Shown here piece after piece: positions 63,413-64,000 of a stretch of DNA of 64,000 bases. The DNA lies in contig NC_043026.1 in assembly GCF_006345805.1 (NCBI RefSeq), positions 12,131,579 through 12,195,578 on the forward strand. The letters run 5' to 3'. Under the pieces are notes generated by a model. The model did no database searches, was not told the DNA's origin, and saw only the letters and a program-made list of their open reading frames with translations. Each line of letters starts with the position of its first letter. The first letter of the stretch is position 1. Both the position numbers and the translations under genes were made by a program. Origin of the DNA: Octopus sinensis. Its lineage: Eukaryota.

Positions 63413-64000
63413 AATTTTCCTTTTCTTACCACGATATACAAGTTTCCTTCTTTTAAAATTTTATATTTTATTCCTAATAAATATTACAACTATATTTCCA
63501 TCAAGTGTAATCAGAAAATGCTGCAAATTTCTTTGTAAATTCTTCCAAGTTCAATAACCATGTAAAATCATCTTACACATCAATTTCCATAATTCTTCTT
63601 TCCTTTCTACCATATACACCCGTTACTCTTTGTGTTTTTATATTTAATTCCTAATAATTATTACTAATAATAACTATTTCCATGAAATATTATGATATCT
63701 GAAGATGCTGCAAATTTCTTTGTAAATTCTTCCAAGTTTAATAACCATGTAGACTCATCTTACACAGTGGGAAAGTGAAAGTAGAATGCAAGATCAGTGG
63801 GCAAAGAATGAGAGGAGTGAAGTAAACAAAAGTTGGTATGACATAACAGTTGCAGAGAAAGATTTATCTATAGTTCAGCTTTGCTTTATATAAACAGTAT
63901 TGTATCTGTTCTGTGTAATATTTCCATTTAGACTTGAAAAGATGACATCTATTGATGATGTATATTGATATAGATGTTTCTTTGTGGTTTCTGATATTCT
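63413..64000 (-). promoter_or_regulatory. G6 5' leader made of two tandem leader modules with three uORFs
   Basis: uORFs MSLHGY* (63738-63758), MEIDV* (63573-63590) and MILHGY* (63551-63571); 63581-64000 closely matches G5 51191-51608; acceptor AG at the window edge. Confidence 0.7.

Overview
AT-rich animal genomic DNA, most likely an octopus (inferred from the clustered KRAB-less C2H2 zinc-finger genes, the tRNA-derived SINE families and the abundant (TA)n/(ATT)n microsatellites). The window holds a cluster of six polydactyl C2H2 zinc-finger genes: G1 10981-13539 +, G2 17659-19921 -, G3 27053-28822 +, G4 36840-38468 -, G5 50118-51200 -, G6 62057-63412 -. They sit in a dense mix of transposon debris: an L1/Tx1 ORF2, two CR1/L2-type 3' ends, RTE-type ends, a Penelope-like RT, a maT-type Tc1/mariner, Helitrons, piggyBac-, hAT- and Merlin-like MITEs, several SINE families and SINE-derived satellites. 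Best leads: (1) G2 carries a homogenised array of 15 near-identical 84-bp fingers, PRDM9-like in form. (2) G2-G6 share a 5' leader with a conserved splice acceptor and a positionally conserved 6-codon uORF. (3) G2, G4, G5 and G6 share a short N-terminal motif with a SUMO consensus in three of them, where a KRAB domain would normally sit. (4) Four minimal type I hammerhead-like motifs with non-canonical cores occur in three Penelope-like terminal repeat families, one looking intact inside a 132-bp inverted repeat. (5) There are several fold-back structures, including a perfect 272-bp palindrome. Coordinates were read by eye and repeat boundaries may be off by several bases.
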